From the IMG/VR virus record IMGVR_UViG_3300015263_000944, positions 43,395-107,394 of that record: a stretch of 64,000 bases of DNA. The stretch is one strand, 5' to 3'. The stretch is from a virus. The position numbers were made by a program, and so were the translations under genes. This document shows positions 47,302 through 56,700 of the stretch, piece after piece (the first letter of the stretch is position 1; each line of letters opens with the position of its first letter). The notes under the pieces were generated by a model, which was given only the letters and a program-made list of their open reading frames with translations, was not told the origin of the DNA and searched no databases.

Positions 47302-47464
47302 GGTAGGAGATCCTTTCCTTATGTGACCGAATCTTAACTCAAGATGAAATTTCGGTCAAGGTGCGTTTCTTAAGCCTTCCGTCAGGCTTTTCTTTTACAA
47401 CCGCACCATGATCCCTATTCTGTAAGATCTGGTCAAGGCGAGAATAATCCTTTAAGACCAAAAT

Positions 47465-48442
47465 TTATGGATGATGTCCGCCACATTGGCAGGGTGGTGG
47501 CGGAATTTTATGATCGTCGGAGGCTGGAATGATCTGATAATCAGCATCCAACCAAACACCATTGAGATGTTCACGCATAAATGCCCGCATTTTCTCGGCC
47601 TCTGCACTCACCAACAGTTCATTGAGAAGCTCATCTTGTTTGGCCCATTTGAACTGCTCCATCTGATGACCCTTCATGTAGGTTTCATAAGATTGCTGAA
47701 GCATCCAAATAGTGAAGTCCCGGTATTGTTGGTTGTTTTCCCAGTAAGCGGGATCATGCTCGTGAACAGCCATCGCTGTCGCCACGGCATAAATGGAGAA
47801 ACCCAGACATCCAGATACACCATCTGTCCAACCACCTTTGTAGCGGCCATTTTCAACATCATCCACATTGCACTTTCCGCCCAAAACGTAGGCCGTCCAC
47901 TCATCATAAATATACAGAGGAGTGTCGTCCCATGCCTGCTGACCAACCAGATACGTTTGGTAGCGATATGATCTTAAGTTTTCTGGCACAAACTTGTTGA
48001 TCTGGCTTTTGCGGATGTTCGGCTCTTCTATGATTACAGCACGACCCTCAAGAACATAGAAGCCATTGACTCTCTTGCCTCTTTCGAAGGTGTACTTGTT
48101 TCTCAGATAGCTGTGAATGCCATGTGCTGTTTCATGGACATTGGTAGAACGCCCAGACCCATCACCAAATGGTGCTGTTGGGCTGTGACTGAGCACGTCA
48201 TTGTAGACTGAGCCAGTCTCATTGGTGGTACGATACGTTTCGACCGTTACAAAAGTTGGAACCGCTGGCGGCTTTTGTGGCGGCGGCGGTTGATCAACAA
48301 TAGGCGTAACGGGAACGGGGAGAACTGGACGAACCGCAATGGGTTCGTTCACTGCTCCTTCGTTGCTCTTCACTTTGTGAATGAACAGACCGATGTTCAT
48401 GCAGAACATCAGCACTATGGCTGCGGCTAATACGATCCTCAT
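47465..48442 (-). CDS. Secreted/membrane-anchored HExxH zinc metallopeptidase-like protein
   Basis: N-terminal TM/signal segment, Pro-rich linker (PPPPQKPP), HETAHGIH motif and C-terminal PPPPCQCGGHHP. Confidence 0.55.
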   Translation of the reverse strand: MRIVLAAAIVLMFCMNIGLFIHKVKSNEGAVNEPIAVRPVLPVPVTPIVDQPPPPQKPPAVPTFVTVETYRTTNETGSVYNDVLSHSPTAPFGDGSGRSTNVHETAHGIHSYLRNKYTFERGKRVNGFYVLEGRAVIIEEPNIRKSQINKFVPENLRSYRYQTYLVGQQAWDDTPLYIYDEWTAYVLGGKCNVDDVENGRYKGGWTDGVSGCLGFSIYAVATAMAVHEHDPAYWENNQQYRDFTIWMLQQSYETYMKGHQMEQFKWAKQDELLNELLVSAEAEKMRAFMREHLNGVWLDADYQIIPASDDHKIPPPPCQCGGHHP

Positions 48443-48450
48443 AGAAATAT

Positions 48451-48663
48451 CTAGGGATCAATAACCACAATCGCCCCGAGGTTGAAATGGCTCTCATAGT
48501 CCCAACGGAAACCATACTTTTGCAGTACAGAAACCACCAACTGGCGCATGATGACGCTGTTGCCTGTGATGATTTTCACAGGCATCTCATTGAGGAGAAT
48601 GAAGTCCTCAACCGTCGCTTCCACTTTGTCGTGGAGCACTCCGTGCAAATCCAGTGTTTCCAT
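48451..48663 (-). CDS. Smr domain protein
   Basis: LDLHGVLHDKVEA and IITGNS motifs typical of Smr nicking-endonuclease domains; 70 aa. Confidence 0.65.
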   Translation of the reverse strand: METLDLHGVLHDKVEATVEDFILLNEMPVKIITGNSVIMRQLVVSVLQKYGFRWDYESHFNLGAIVVIDP

Positions 48664-48880
48664 CGAACTTTCGATCAGTCACAACAATCTGATCTCCTAT
48701 TGCTGTCGTCTCAATGTAGACGCCATATCCCATGCCTTGGATATCTATGATGGCCTGCTCGACACCTTCTGGTGGATGGCCTACCGGCACGGGGATCGCA
48801 AGATGAATGTTGCTGAACCGATCATTGAGTTGGGCCAGCAATTGTTCCGCTTCGCTTTTCGTCATTCCACTCCTCCGCAT
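48608..48880 (-). CDS. Hypothetical protein
   Basis: 90-aa ORF overlapping the Smr gene by 55 nt. Uncertain. Confidence 0.3.
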   Translation of the reverse strand: MRRSGMTKSEAEQLLAQLNDRFSNIHLAIPVPVGHPPEGVEQAIIDIQGMGYGVYIETTAIGDQIVVTDRKFDGNTGFARSAPRQSGSDG

Positions 48881-49175
48881 TGCACGGAAGATTCATCATC
48901 ATTGTTGCTTCAATGATGGCTTTCCGCACTTTGTAAAAGAGTTCCTCTGATCCAGTATAGATCTGGAAAATGATGAAGCGGCCTTGGATGGGATGAGTGA
49001 TGCCGACCTCAGACCAATTGTCGGTCTGGTAAGCGAATTGAAAGAGGCGACCGTCTCGACCAATGCTCTGCTGGGAGAAATCGCCGGGCTTCAGACGACG
49101 GAGATAATAGCACTGTCCGCTCATTGGGGCATACTGGGCCAAACGGTGCATTATCTCGTTGAATTCAAAGTACAT
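48822..49175 (-). CDS. Hypothetical protein
   Basis: 117-aa ORF whose ATG overlaps the stop of the upstream NWKREGF gene. Confidence 0.35.
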   Translation of the reverse strand: MYFEFNEIMHRLAQYAPMSGQCYYLRRLKPGDFSQQSIGRDGRLFQFAYQTDNWSEVGITHPIQGRFIIFQIYTGSEELFYKVRKAIIEATMMMNLPCNAEEWNDEKRSGTIAGPTQ

Positions 49176-49372
49176 CAGAAACCCTCACGTTTCCAATCCA
49201 TTCTGGGCTCTCGATGTTGTGATTCTAGCCACGCCAAGAAAGCCAATACCTCTGTTTCGTTAACGGGTCGCCTGACTCTTCGGATCATTCGGATTCTGCG
49301 ATCCTCAGCGATTGCTGTGATCAGCAGTAGTGTGGTCAGGGCTATCATCATTATAAGCCCAAAAGCCGCCAT
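49175..49372 (-). CDS. Small TM protein, NWK(K/E)EGF family (ends DWKREGF)
   Basis: N-terminal TM helix, Arg-rich segment and conserved C-terminus. TGATG junctions on both sides. Confidence 0.5.
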   Translation of the reverse strand: MAAFGLIMMIALTTLLLITAIAEDRRIRMIRRVRRPVNETEVLAFLAWLESQHREPRMDWKREGF

Positions 49373-49683
49373 CAGAAACCCTCTTTCTTCCAGTCCACGA
49401 TCTCCTTCTCTTCAGTACCGGATTTGTGTCCAAAATTGTAATGTCGCAGCAGAGCAGCAATCATCAGGGCTTCACGTCGATCCTCACGAACCATCCGAAT
49501 AGCGGCTCGAATGGTTGGGCTCAAGACGTTGAACTGTTCTATCCACTCTCGTTGTTGTTGACGACGACGCTCCTCTCGTTCGGCTTGTCGTATCTGGTCC
49601 TGACAATACTCCCTGTACCAGCAGATCAGGACGAGGATTCCATAGATGATTGCGCCAATGACTGTGAAACTCGTGGCGAACAT
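49372..49683 (-). CDS. Small TM protein, NWK(K/E)EGF family (ends DWKKEGF)
   Basis: Start at MFATSF (49683) abuts the upstream stop. TM helix, then an RQAEREERRRQQQ stretch. Confidence 0.5.
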   Translation of the reverse strand: MFATSFTVIGAIIYGILVLICWYREYCQDQIRQAEREERRRQQQREWIEQFNVLSPTIRAAIRMVREDRREALMIAALLRHYNFGHKSGTEEKEIVDWKKEGF

Positions 49684-50048
49684 CAAAACCCCTCGGCCAT
49701 CCAATTGACCTTCTCGAATTGTCGTTTCTGTTTCTTTGGTCGCTGAGTACGTCGTTGACGAGTAGCGATGTCGGCCAAACGTCTCCGTTGGCGTTCGGCC
49801 TGTTCCTGTACCCATCTCTCAGAACGCTCGAAACGACGTACATCGAGGGATGCCGCCTCTTCGATAACTTGCACCGGATCATAGTTATACACAACGATAT
49901 CAGCGTAAGTGTCTCGAACTCTCCAAGCGTTCTGAGAGAATCTTTCAGTTCCATAACGACGTGCCGAAACAACGTCTTCAAAAGCGTGCTCTGCCTCAAA
50001 GCGAATCCATCCTTTGACTTCGAGAGTAAATCTCATTAACTCACCCAT
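49683..50048 (-). CDS. NWK(K/E)EGF family protein (ends NWMAEGF)
   Basis: Arg-rich coiled segment. GAGGGG codons for the final EG act as the SD for the next gene. Confidence 0.5.
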   Translation of the reverse strand: MGELMRFTLEVKGWIRFEAEHAFEDVVSARRYGTERFSQNAWRVRDTYADIVVYNYDPVQVIEEAASLDVRRFERSERWVQEQAERQRRRLADIATRQRRTQRPKKQKRQFEKVNWMAEGF

Positions 50049-50752
50049 GGCTCCGCAATCTGTAGAATCCGCTCACAGATAGTGAGATCGAATTCATCCT
50101 TGTCATTGCGAAGCTTGGTTTCCATGTCGATCCAAATCTCGGCATCGCCGACCACTTCTGAGATCCGCTCAAGCTCTGCTTCCAGATTATCTGGACCCAG
50201 ACCTCCAGCGTAACCACAGAAGAGTGGTTTGCCGTATTCGTCGAGAGGGATGGTAGGCCATGTCTTGGCAGAAATGCCTCGACCACCAGATGCGTCAAAC
50301 AGCGGAGACACGCCGAGTTGACGGAACTTGTCTGTAGGAATTGCGAGGTTGTACTTTGAGTACGGACCACCGAAGATCACAGGGATCAACGAGAAGTCGC
50401 ATTCCCAAACTTTGTTCTCGAAATTCAGACACTTCTCCAGCCGACTCCCGGCCATGTTGAGTTGGATGCGACCAAAGAAGTCGCTCACCTCATCATCGTC
50501 GAGAAACGTGAGACGCCCCCTCTGAGCATCATCAACCCACTTGCCGCACAAGTGCGCAGCAAAGTTGCCGGTTCCCTCTGAAGCAAGCAATTGGTTCACC
50601 CAATCCAAACTTGGATACCGTGGCACCCCAGCTTTGGATTGAGAAAACAGAATTGCCCATTCAGCGAAATGGAACTTCTGTGATAACTGCAACATCCCTT
50701 CGATAGATGTCTTGTCATCGGCCCCAGTTAGCGTGACGAATTTGATCTTCAT
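50036..50752 (-). CDS. Phosphoribosylanthranilate isomerase (TrpF)-like TIM-barrel protein
   Basis: MKIKFVTLTGADD N-terminus and a C-terminal FCGYAGGLGPDN block resembling the TrpF LAGGLxxxN motif. Confidence 0.45.
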   Translation of the reverse strand: MKIKFVTLTGADDKTSIEGMLQLSQKFHFAEWAILFSQSKAGVPRYPSLDWVNQLLASEGTGNFAAHLCGKWVDDAQRGRLTFLDDDEVSDFFGRIQLNMAGSRLEKCLNFENKVWECDFSLIPVIFGGPYSKYNLAIPTDKFRQLGVSPLFDASGGRGISAKTWPTIPLDEYGKPLFCGYAGGLGPDNLEAELERISEVVGDAEIWIDMETKLRNDKDEFDLTICERILQIAEPWVS

Positions 50753-50777
50753 CCTTGAGTCTCCTTAAACATTCAGT

Positions 50778-51194
50778 TTACTCGTCGTCGCACAAATCGC
50801 CAATAGTATCTTCGATGTCTTCTGTTGCGACCTTGGGCAACGCATTCTTGATCGGAGCACCCAGTGCAGCGGGTGTTCGCTTAGTGGGTTTGAAGTCCTC
50901 AATGCCCGCAGATCGAGGTTGAAGCAAATGCTCTTTGACCGTGATCTGCTTGCCGAAATTGAGGGTTGGTTTGGGCAACGTCAAATAGCACACGTCTCCC
51001 TGTTGTGCTTCGCAATCACAAAACAGGAAGCCATCGACGTATCGCTTGCTGGGCTTAAATGCCCCGCCGAGTTGTACGTCGAATTGTGTGACGTTGAGGC
51101 TGAAAGCCTGACCATCATATACCGTGCTCTCAAATCGAAGGGAGTTGTCCTGTTGTAGATGGATGCGTCCCTTTAGTTTCATTGCTCTCTTCAT
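50778..51194 (-). CDS. Hypothetical protein
   Basis: 138-aa ORF. Confidence 0.4.
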   Translation of the reverse strand: MKRAMKLKGRIHLQQDNSLRFESTVYDGQAFSLNVTQFDVQLGGAFKPSKRYVDGFLFCDCEAQQGDVCYLTLPKPTLNFGKQITVKEHLLQPRSAGIEDFKPTKRTPAALGAPIKNALPKVATEDIEDTIGDLCDDE

Positions 51195-51205
51195 GATTTA
51201 CCTTT

Positions 51206-51658
51206 CTATGTTATTGTCGGAGCCTCGCCGGGTCGGCCCGGCTTGCCTTTGCCTCGCTCTTCGGCATTCACATAGAAAACGAAAGATCGCTTGTCAGGAC
51301 GTGGGCTTCCCGCATCCGCTGTGACGCCTCGAAAAACGAGTCGTAGTTTTGTGTGAGGATTCTCATATGCCATCAACTCTTTGAGTCGAGAAAGCACACT
51401 CATGATGAAGGGGAAGCTGCCGCTGATGCGAATTCCGTCTTCACCATAGCTAGAGCCGTCACCGCCCTTCGAAATCGGTGTCATGTAGATCGGCGTATTC
51501 GGACGAGACTGCTGCCACATCTGAAGAATTTCAGGTTTTTTGGCAGACCATGGCTTCGCCATGCCCAGTTGTTCCTGATTTTGAACTGGGTTGTTGAACT
51601 CGTTGAGGACTGACTCCACGAATTCCTGCTGTTCTACAAATGACTTGAAGGACTCCAT
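51206..51658 (-). CDS. Hypothetical protein with MESFKSFVEQQ N-terminal motif
   Basis: 150 aa. Its N-terminus resembles the gene at 23312. Confidence 0.45.
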   Translation of the reverse strand: MESFKSFVEQQEFVESVLNEFNNPVQNQEQLGMAKPWSAKKPEILQMWQQSRPNTPIYMTPISKGGDGSSYGEDGIRISGSFPFIMSVLSRLKELMAYENPHTKLRLVFRGVTADAGSPRPDKRSFVFYVNAEERGKGKPGRPGEAPTIT

Positions 51659-51702
51659 AACATAGTATTTACAGAGCCAGACACGAAAATTGATAGCAAG
51701 GT

Positions 51703-52152
51703 TCAGGAGTTTGGGAGCCGCAGCCCATGATCGGCGTAGGGCAGCTTATACGGCTTGTCCTTCACATTGTCGAGATGCGTGATCGAAACGAATACAAATT
51801 TTGCATCAGCGACCAATTCCCGGCTGCCATCCCTCGATTCTCGGAATGCCTGTATATCAACCACAATGGCCTTGTGACGCAATTCTACAATCTCGCCAGT
51901 GACGAAGACCAAATCTCCCAGATAGCAGGGTCGATGATAGGTGCCGTCAAATTTGTGGGTCACACAGGCCGAACAAGTGTCTGAATCGTAAAGAAGCCGC
52001 CGAACAGCCTTGGCGGCACAGAGATCCATCTTCGAGAAAAACGCCCCGCCAAAGATCATAGGGCTGTTGGCATTTGTATCCTCGGGCATCACGAGGAAAT
52101 TGTCTTCGAATTTCAGGTGCATGGCATCCCTCCCACGACCATCATAGACCAA
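51703..52152 (-). CDS. Acyl-CoA thioesterase (hotdog fold, YciA-like)
   Basis: LVMPEDTNANSPMIFGGAFFSKMDLCAAKA matches the YciA block MPxDTNANGxIFGGWL. Confidence 0.7.
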   Translation of the reverse strand: MVYDGRGRDAMHLKFEDNFLVMPEDTNANSPMIFGGAFFSKMDLCAAKAVRRLLYDSDTCSACVTHKFDGTYHRPCYLGDLVFVTGEIVELRHKAIVVDIQAFRESRDGSRELVADAKFVFVSITHLDNVKDKPYKLPYADHGLRLPNS

Positions 52153-52158
52153 AGTGCA

Positions 52159-52196
52159 TGAAAAAAGCCAGACGGGTTTGAGGCCCGTCTGGCTTG
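52159..52196 (-). terminator. Rho-independent terminator
   Basis: AGCCAGACGGG-tttgagg-CCCGTCTGGCT hairpin followed on the minus strand by TTTTTTC. Confidence 0.6.
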
Positions 52197-52211
52197 TCGC
52201 ACGTTGGCGAA

Positions 52212-52883
52212 TCAGATCTCGTAGGTGGCGTCGAAGAAGCTCTTTGCCACACGATAACAGTCAGCGGAGTCTTTGCGGTTCTGCAATACCCAATCGCCGT
52301 CCTTTCCATAGTGGAGATAGAGCTTCACCTGCTCTCCACCTTCAGGATCAATCGGTTTCAGTCCGCAGCTTTGTGGATCAATCCCCAAGCTTTCCAGCGT
52401 AGTCACAGACATTACTCGCTCATCGCCCCACCACGGATTGATGATTGAGAAGCCGCCAGCCTCGCCGAGCGAATGATTCGCCGCCGAGACCTGATAGGCG
52501 TTCATGACGGCATCATCGCCCTCCTTTGGAACGAAGGTGATCCACCCATCTTCGTCCACTTCTGTCGGCGTGTACTTGCTGTGGAGCTTGTCCTTGGCCT
52601 GTTGCCAAACATCGTCGTTGACGCCCCAGCAAACGAAAGCGTCCCGCTTGATGGCCTGTGCCCCTTCGAGGGTGGAGAGGAGAACCTTCTCCAGAATCGA
52701 GGGCTGGCCTTTATCCAGAATGGCATTGACGGGCTTGGCCCGAATGGGCTTCACCTTGCGTGCCGAACCAAACCCGAAAGCCTGTGCGTTCAACAAGGGA
52801 TGGATTTCCAACACCTCATCGAGCGGCAGATCCTTCAGCAACACAGTATTCATCGTGGCGATACGAGCAGTATCGAGTGGCAT
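52212..52883 (-). CDS. Hypothetical protein
   Basis: 223-aa ORF followed by a terminator. Confidence 0.5.
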   Translation of the reverse strand: MPLDTARIATMNTVLLKDLPLDEVLEIHPLLNAQAFGFGSARKVKPIRAKPVNAILDKGQPSILEKVLLSTLEGAQAIKRDAFVCWGVNDDVWQQAKDKLHSKYTPTEVDEDGWITFVPKEGDDAVMNAYQVSAANHSLGEAGGFSIINPWWGDERVMSVTTLESLGIDPQSCGLKPIDPEGGEQVKLYLHYGKDGDWVLQNRKDSADCYRVAKSFFDATYEI

Positions 52884-52934
52884 GATTCGTCTCCTGTTTG
52901 CACACTCTCAATTGCCCGAGGTCGATTGTGTCTT

Positions 52935-52989
52935 TCCTTATCTCAGACACCAGCAACTTTGAGGGGCGGCTTGCCGCCTCCTTATCTCA
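52935..52989. repeat. Direct repeat CCTTATCTCAG x2 flanking a GC-rich hairpin
   Basis: Identical 11-mers at 52935 and 52979 bracket GAGGGGCGGC-TTGC-CGCCTCC. Confidence 0.3.
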
Positions 52990-53071
52990 GCGACGAACCA
53001 CATTCGGATTACCTCAACGGGGGACATTCTACACCAAGTAGATTTGGCTGTAAAGCCAAATTTTGTGCCCC

Positions 53072-53108
53072 AAAGAAAAAGGGTGCCGGAATCGAAATCC
53101 CGGCACCC
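53072..53108 (-). terminator. Strong rho-independent terminator (9-bp GC stem)
   Basis: GGGTGCCGG-gatttcgatt-CCGGCACCC followed on the minus strand by TTTTTCTTTG. Confidence 0.6.
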
Positions 53109-53592
53109 CCTCGACGATGAACCTCACACAGAGACCCCGGCAGGTCTCGATCCCCACTCAAGAAACCGATTTCAACGTCGCCGGGCCACGCTGAACGATT
53201 TCCCAGTTCGGGAGTCTCAGAAAGCTGTCTGGTTTTCGAGGGCCGAGAAGTTCCGTTCCATACTGGGGGACAGAACTCTACCCAAGTGCCGAAGCCCCAC
53301 AAGTTCCTACTCACTTCTGAGAGTTCGCTGGGAAGGTGCTGCCTTCCTCCGCTACCTTCGGATCGAGCAAGCTTCACGTCAAGGGTAACAATCCTATCAA
53401 TTCAGGATTTGGATGGCAAGTCCCGGTCGTCGATTTCCACTTTCCACGGCTTGCGAAGTTTGACCTTCAAGCGAGACAGGATGAAGTCACACACCTGCCA
53501 ACATGCCCAGAAGCAGAAGACTTCCCAGAAGTACGAGAAGAAACGGGTTGTCAGATCGAAGACATCCATTTGGGCACGAAAGATCCATTGCA

Positions 53593-53663
53593 GTACCCCC
53601 TAGAGGAGTCGAACCTCTTCTAAAACTTTAGGAAAGTCTTGTGCTTCCGTCACACTCAGGGGG
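53593..53663 (-). tRNA. tRNA-Arg (anticodon CCU)
   Basis: Manual cloverleaf fold. Acceptor GCCCCCT/AGGGGGT. D arm GTGT-GACGGAA-GCAC. Anticodon stem AGACT/AGTTT with loop TTCCTAA. T arm AGAGG-TTCGACT-CCTCT. Discriminator A. 71 nt without CCA. Confidence 0.65.
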
Positions 53664-53712
53664 CTCGGAATGTTGCATTGTAACATATCTAGCCGAAACA
53701 CTAAATATCTCT

Positions 53713-56700
53713 ATGAGCCGCAAACCCACATGGCCGTTTGGACCCAAAATCGTCAGCAATCAACACAACGGATTGGTTGGTTGGTGGCCGCTTGCGCCCA
53801 CAGGGGGATCTCTCGTCTATGATTTGGAACGAGGAAACACAGGCACAATCACGAATGGCGATCCTGCAATACTCTGGGTCGCCGATGGAGAACGTGGCGG
53901 CAACGTCTTACAACTCGATGGAACAGGTTATGTAAGTGCTGGCGATGTTAATCTCGTTGATGATCTTGGAGCCAGCGGCGAACTCACATGGTCCATCTGG
54001 GTAAGACTGGATAGTGTTGGCGCAAGCGAGGCAATCATCGACAAAGCCGAAAGCAGCCCCGGAGAACCCGGCCTCACCTTCTGGTGGGATGTATCAAACG
54101 GTTGGAGGGTTGACATTGATGGATCGCAATCAGCATACACTTCAACCACAGGATATACAGCGAACACTTGGTATCATCTCGTTGTTGTCTTCAATGGCAA
54201 CCTGACTGGAGATGCCAATCGTCTAAAGATCTATGTCGATGGAGTAAACCAATCACTGACTTTTTTCGGCACAATCCCTGCGACAATTTCTTCAAGCAGT
54301 GCTCCTCTTCTGTTTGGTCAATTCAACGGAGTAGTTGGACAAACCTTGAATGGTGCGTTAGACGATATTCGGCTTTATTCCCGTGCTCTCACAAGTCCAG
54401 AAGTTGTTCAACTTTGGAACCCCCAAACACGTTGGGAACTCTACGATACAACTGATGTATCTCCTGCCATTCTGCTTGGTGCTCAGGCCACCGCCACCTA
54501 TAACGAAACAGCGACAGGCGGTGCTGTTTGTGGCGGCACAGCAGATGTCTTCGTGCAGAGAGATGAGACGGCCACAGGCGGCGTCGTGGTCGCTGGCAAA
54601 GCACTCTTGGTCAGCATCTTCTCAGATGCCGATAAGAGCCCCGGAATCACATGGAACACAAACATCCGCTTCTCTGTGAAAGACGGACAATTGCTCGTTG
54701 CCGTGTTTGCCACCGATAACGATTCATCTGCTGATGGAAACACAAATCTCCATGAGACAATTGTGGTCGGCGGTCAGGCAATGACCAAAGCCAGAGAATA
54801 CACCAACAGTGAAGGGGCTGTTGATGCAGGGGCAACTGTCTCCATCTGGTACTTGCTACCTATCGGCGATATTGAAAGTGGTGCCACAGTTGCCACATCG
54901 TTGAACTCTGGCCGAACTGCAAAAGCCATCACTGGTTTCGTCATCGATATTGGTCGAGGTCTAAGAATCTCCCTCGATGGCACAGCGGATGCCGAAGGCA
55001 CGGGTGCTGATCCCGGAGCCATCAGTGCTACAGGTATCGAGACCGGAGACCACCTCTGGATTCGAGGCACGGCTCTTGAGGATGCGAATGAAACAATTGG
55101 ATGGATGACGCCAACGAGCTTCTGGGAGAAGTTCGAGGACAATGGTAGTACAGGCAATCCGGCGTCCAGCAACATCTCTGTCCGTGGCGAATGGAAATTC
55201 TCAACAGGCACATCATCAGGAACGAGTGATCCGACTGTTGAAAGTGGGGCCGACAACGCAACCTCTTTGATTGGTCTCTATATCGACCCCCTAAAGACAT
55301 GGAATCAATTTGTCAGTGGTGGCACACTTGCTGGTGGCTCGGCACTCGTCAGTTATACCGCCAATCAAGACACCACGGGTGGTGCTGTCGCTGGCGGATC
55401 AGCAACAACCAACTTCGCCGATGTCATCGATGCCAGCGGAGGTGTGCTGGTCGCAGGCTCGGCAACCACAACCTTCATCGATCAGATTGACATGACGGGC
55501 GGTGTAGTCGTCGGTGGCGGCGCACTCATTCTCGGTGGCAACGACATTATCGCTGCTGGCGGTGTCGTCGCTGGTGGTTCTGCAACACAGAACTTCATCG
55601 ATTACATCGACGCCACGGGTGGTGTGGTCGTCGGCGGAAACGCCCTGCTTGGGGAAACTATTGACGCCACTGGCGGGGTTGTGGTCGGCGGCAGTGCCAC
55701 AGTGGCCTTCATCGATCAGATTGACACCACGGGCGGCGTAGTCGTCGCTGGCACGATCACCGATAACATCATCGCAAATGTAGTTTCCACGGGCGGCGTG
55801 GTTGTGGCCGGTGTGACCACAGAGAACATTGTCATCAATACCGATGCCACAGGTGGTGTGGTCGTTGCGGGCAATGCAACTTTTGGAACGAGCGGCGACA
55901 TCAATGGCACGGGCGGGGCTGTCGCTGGTGGTGCAGCCGATGTCGCATACACAGCCAACGTCACAGCAACAGGCGGCGTAGTCATCGCCGGAATGACGAT
56001 CATCCTCGGAGACATCTATGCTGAAGGCGGTGTTCTTGTTGGGGGTGCAGCCGATGTCACCTTCGCCGATCAGATCGATGCAACTGGTGGGGCCGTCGCT
56101 GGCGGCACAGCCGATGTGAACGTCCAAAGAGATGAAGTTGCCGCAGGCGGTGTGGTCGTTGCTGGCAACTCTATCGAATCATTCTCGATGAACATCTCGC
56201 CTCAAGGCGGCGTGGTTGTTGGTGGAGTTCACGTCCAAGACGCCACTTTCTCGGTCATCGCCACAGGCGGTGTGGTCTGCAATGGTCACGCCCCTCTTAA
56301 CTTCGAATTGGATGCCACAGGTGGTGTCGTTGTTGGCGGTAGTGCAGTCGGTCAGACAGTGTTTGTGGATGGAGCAGGCGGTGTCTCTGTCGGCGGATCG
56401 GCCATCGTAGAAGATGACAAGATCTTTCTCATCGTTGAGTGCCCAGATGGCTTGTATGTTTGCGAGCCGAAAGGAGAAGACGCCTACTGCCTGCGATACA
56501 TCGATTACATCAGCTATGGTTCTCCTGTCTTCAAGGACATCAGCAAGACGCTGGCAAAAATGCCGCCAATCATTCTGTGCCGACAAGGCATCAAGAACGA
56601 TCTCGTTGTCGAAGAAGGCGTCCCGGTTGGCGGACGCTCGCAAACAGAAGAACTTGCCGAGATCGGTATGGGCCTCACAGAATTCGTGATGCTCTCAACG

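Noticed and set aside
49484-49999. 171-aa minus-strand ORF
   Set aside because: It is an alternative frame overlapping three coupled small genes. Those genes share the conserved NWKKEGF endings and TGATG junctions.
53009-53623. ORFs 53009..53377(-), 53044..53388(+), 53286..53603(+) and 53336..53623(+)
   Set aside because: They lie in the noncoding region and overlap the terminator hairpin or the tRNA. No RBS, and the amino-acid composition is odd.
55399-56127. 242-aa minus-strand ORF
   Set aside because: It lies inside the tandem-repeat region of the LamG protein gene. It is a repeat-driven antisense open frame.
55300-56420. Possible CRISPR array
   Set aside because: The repeats are in-frame, imperfect and contiguous with no unique spacers. 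They encode a Gly/Val-rich protein repeat.
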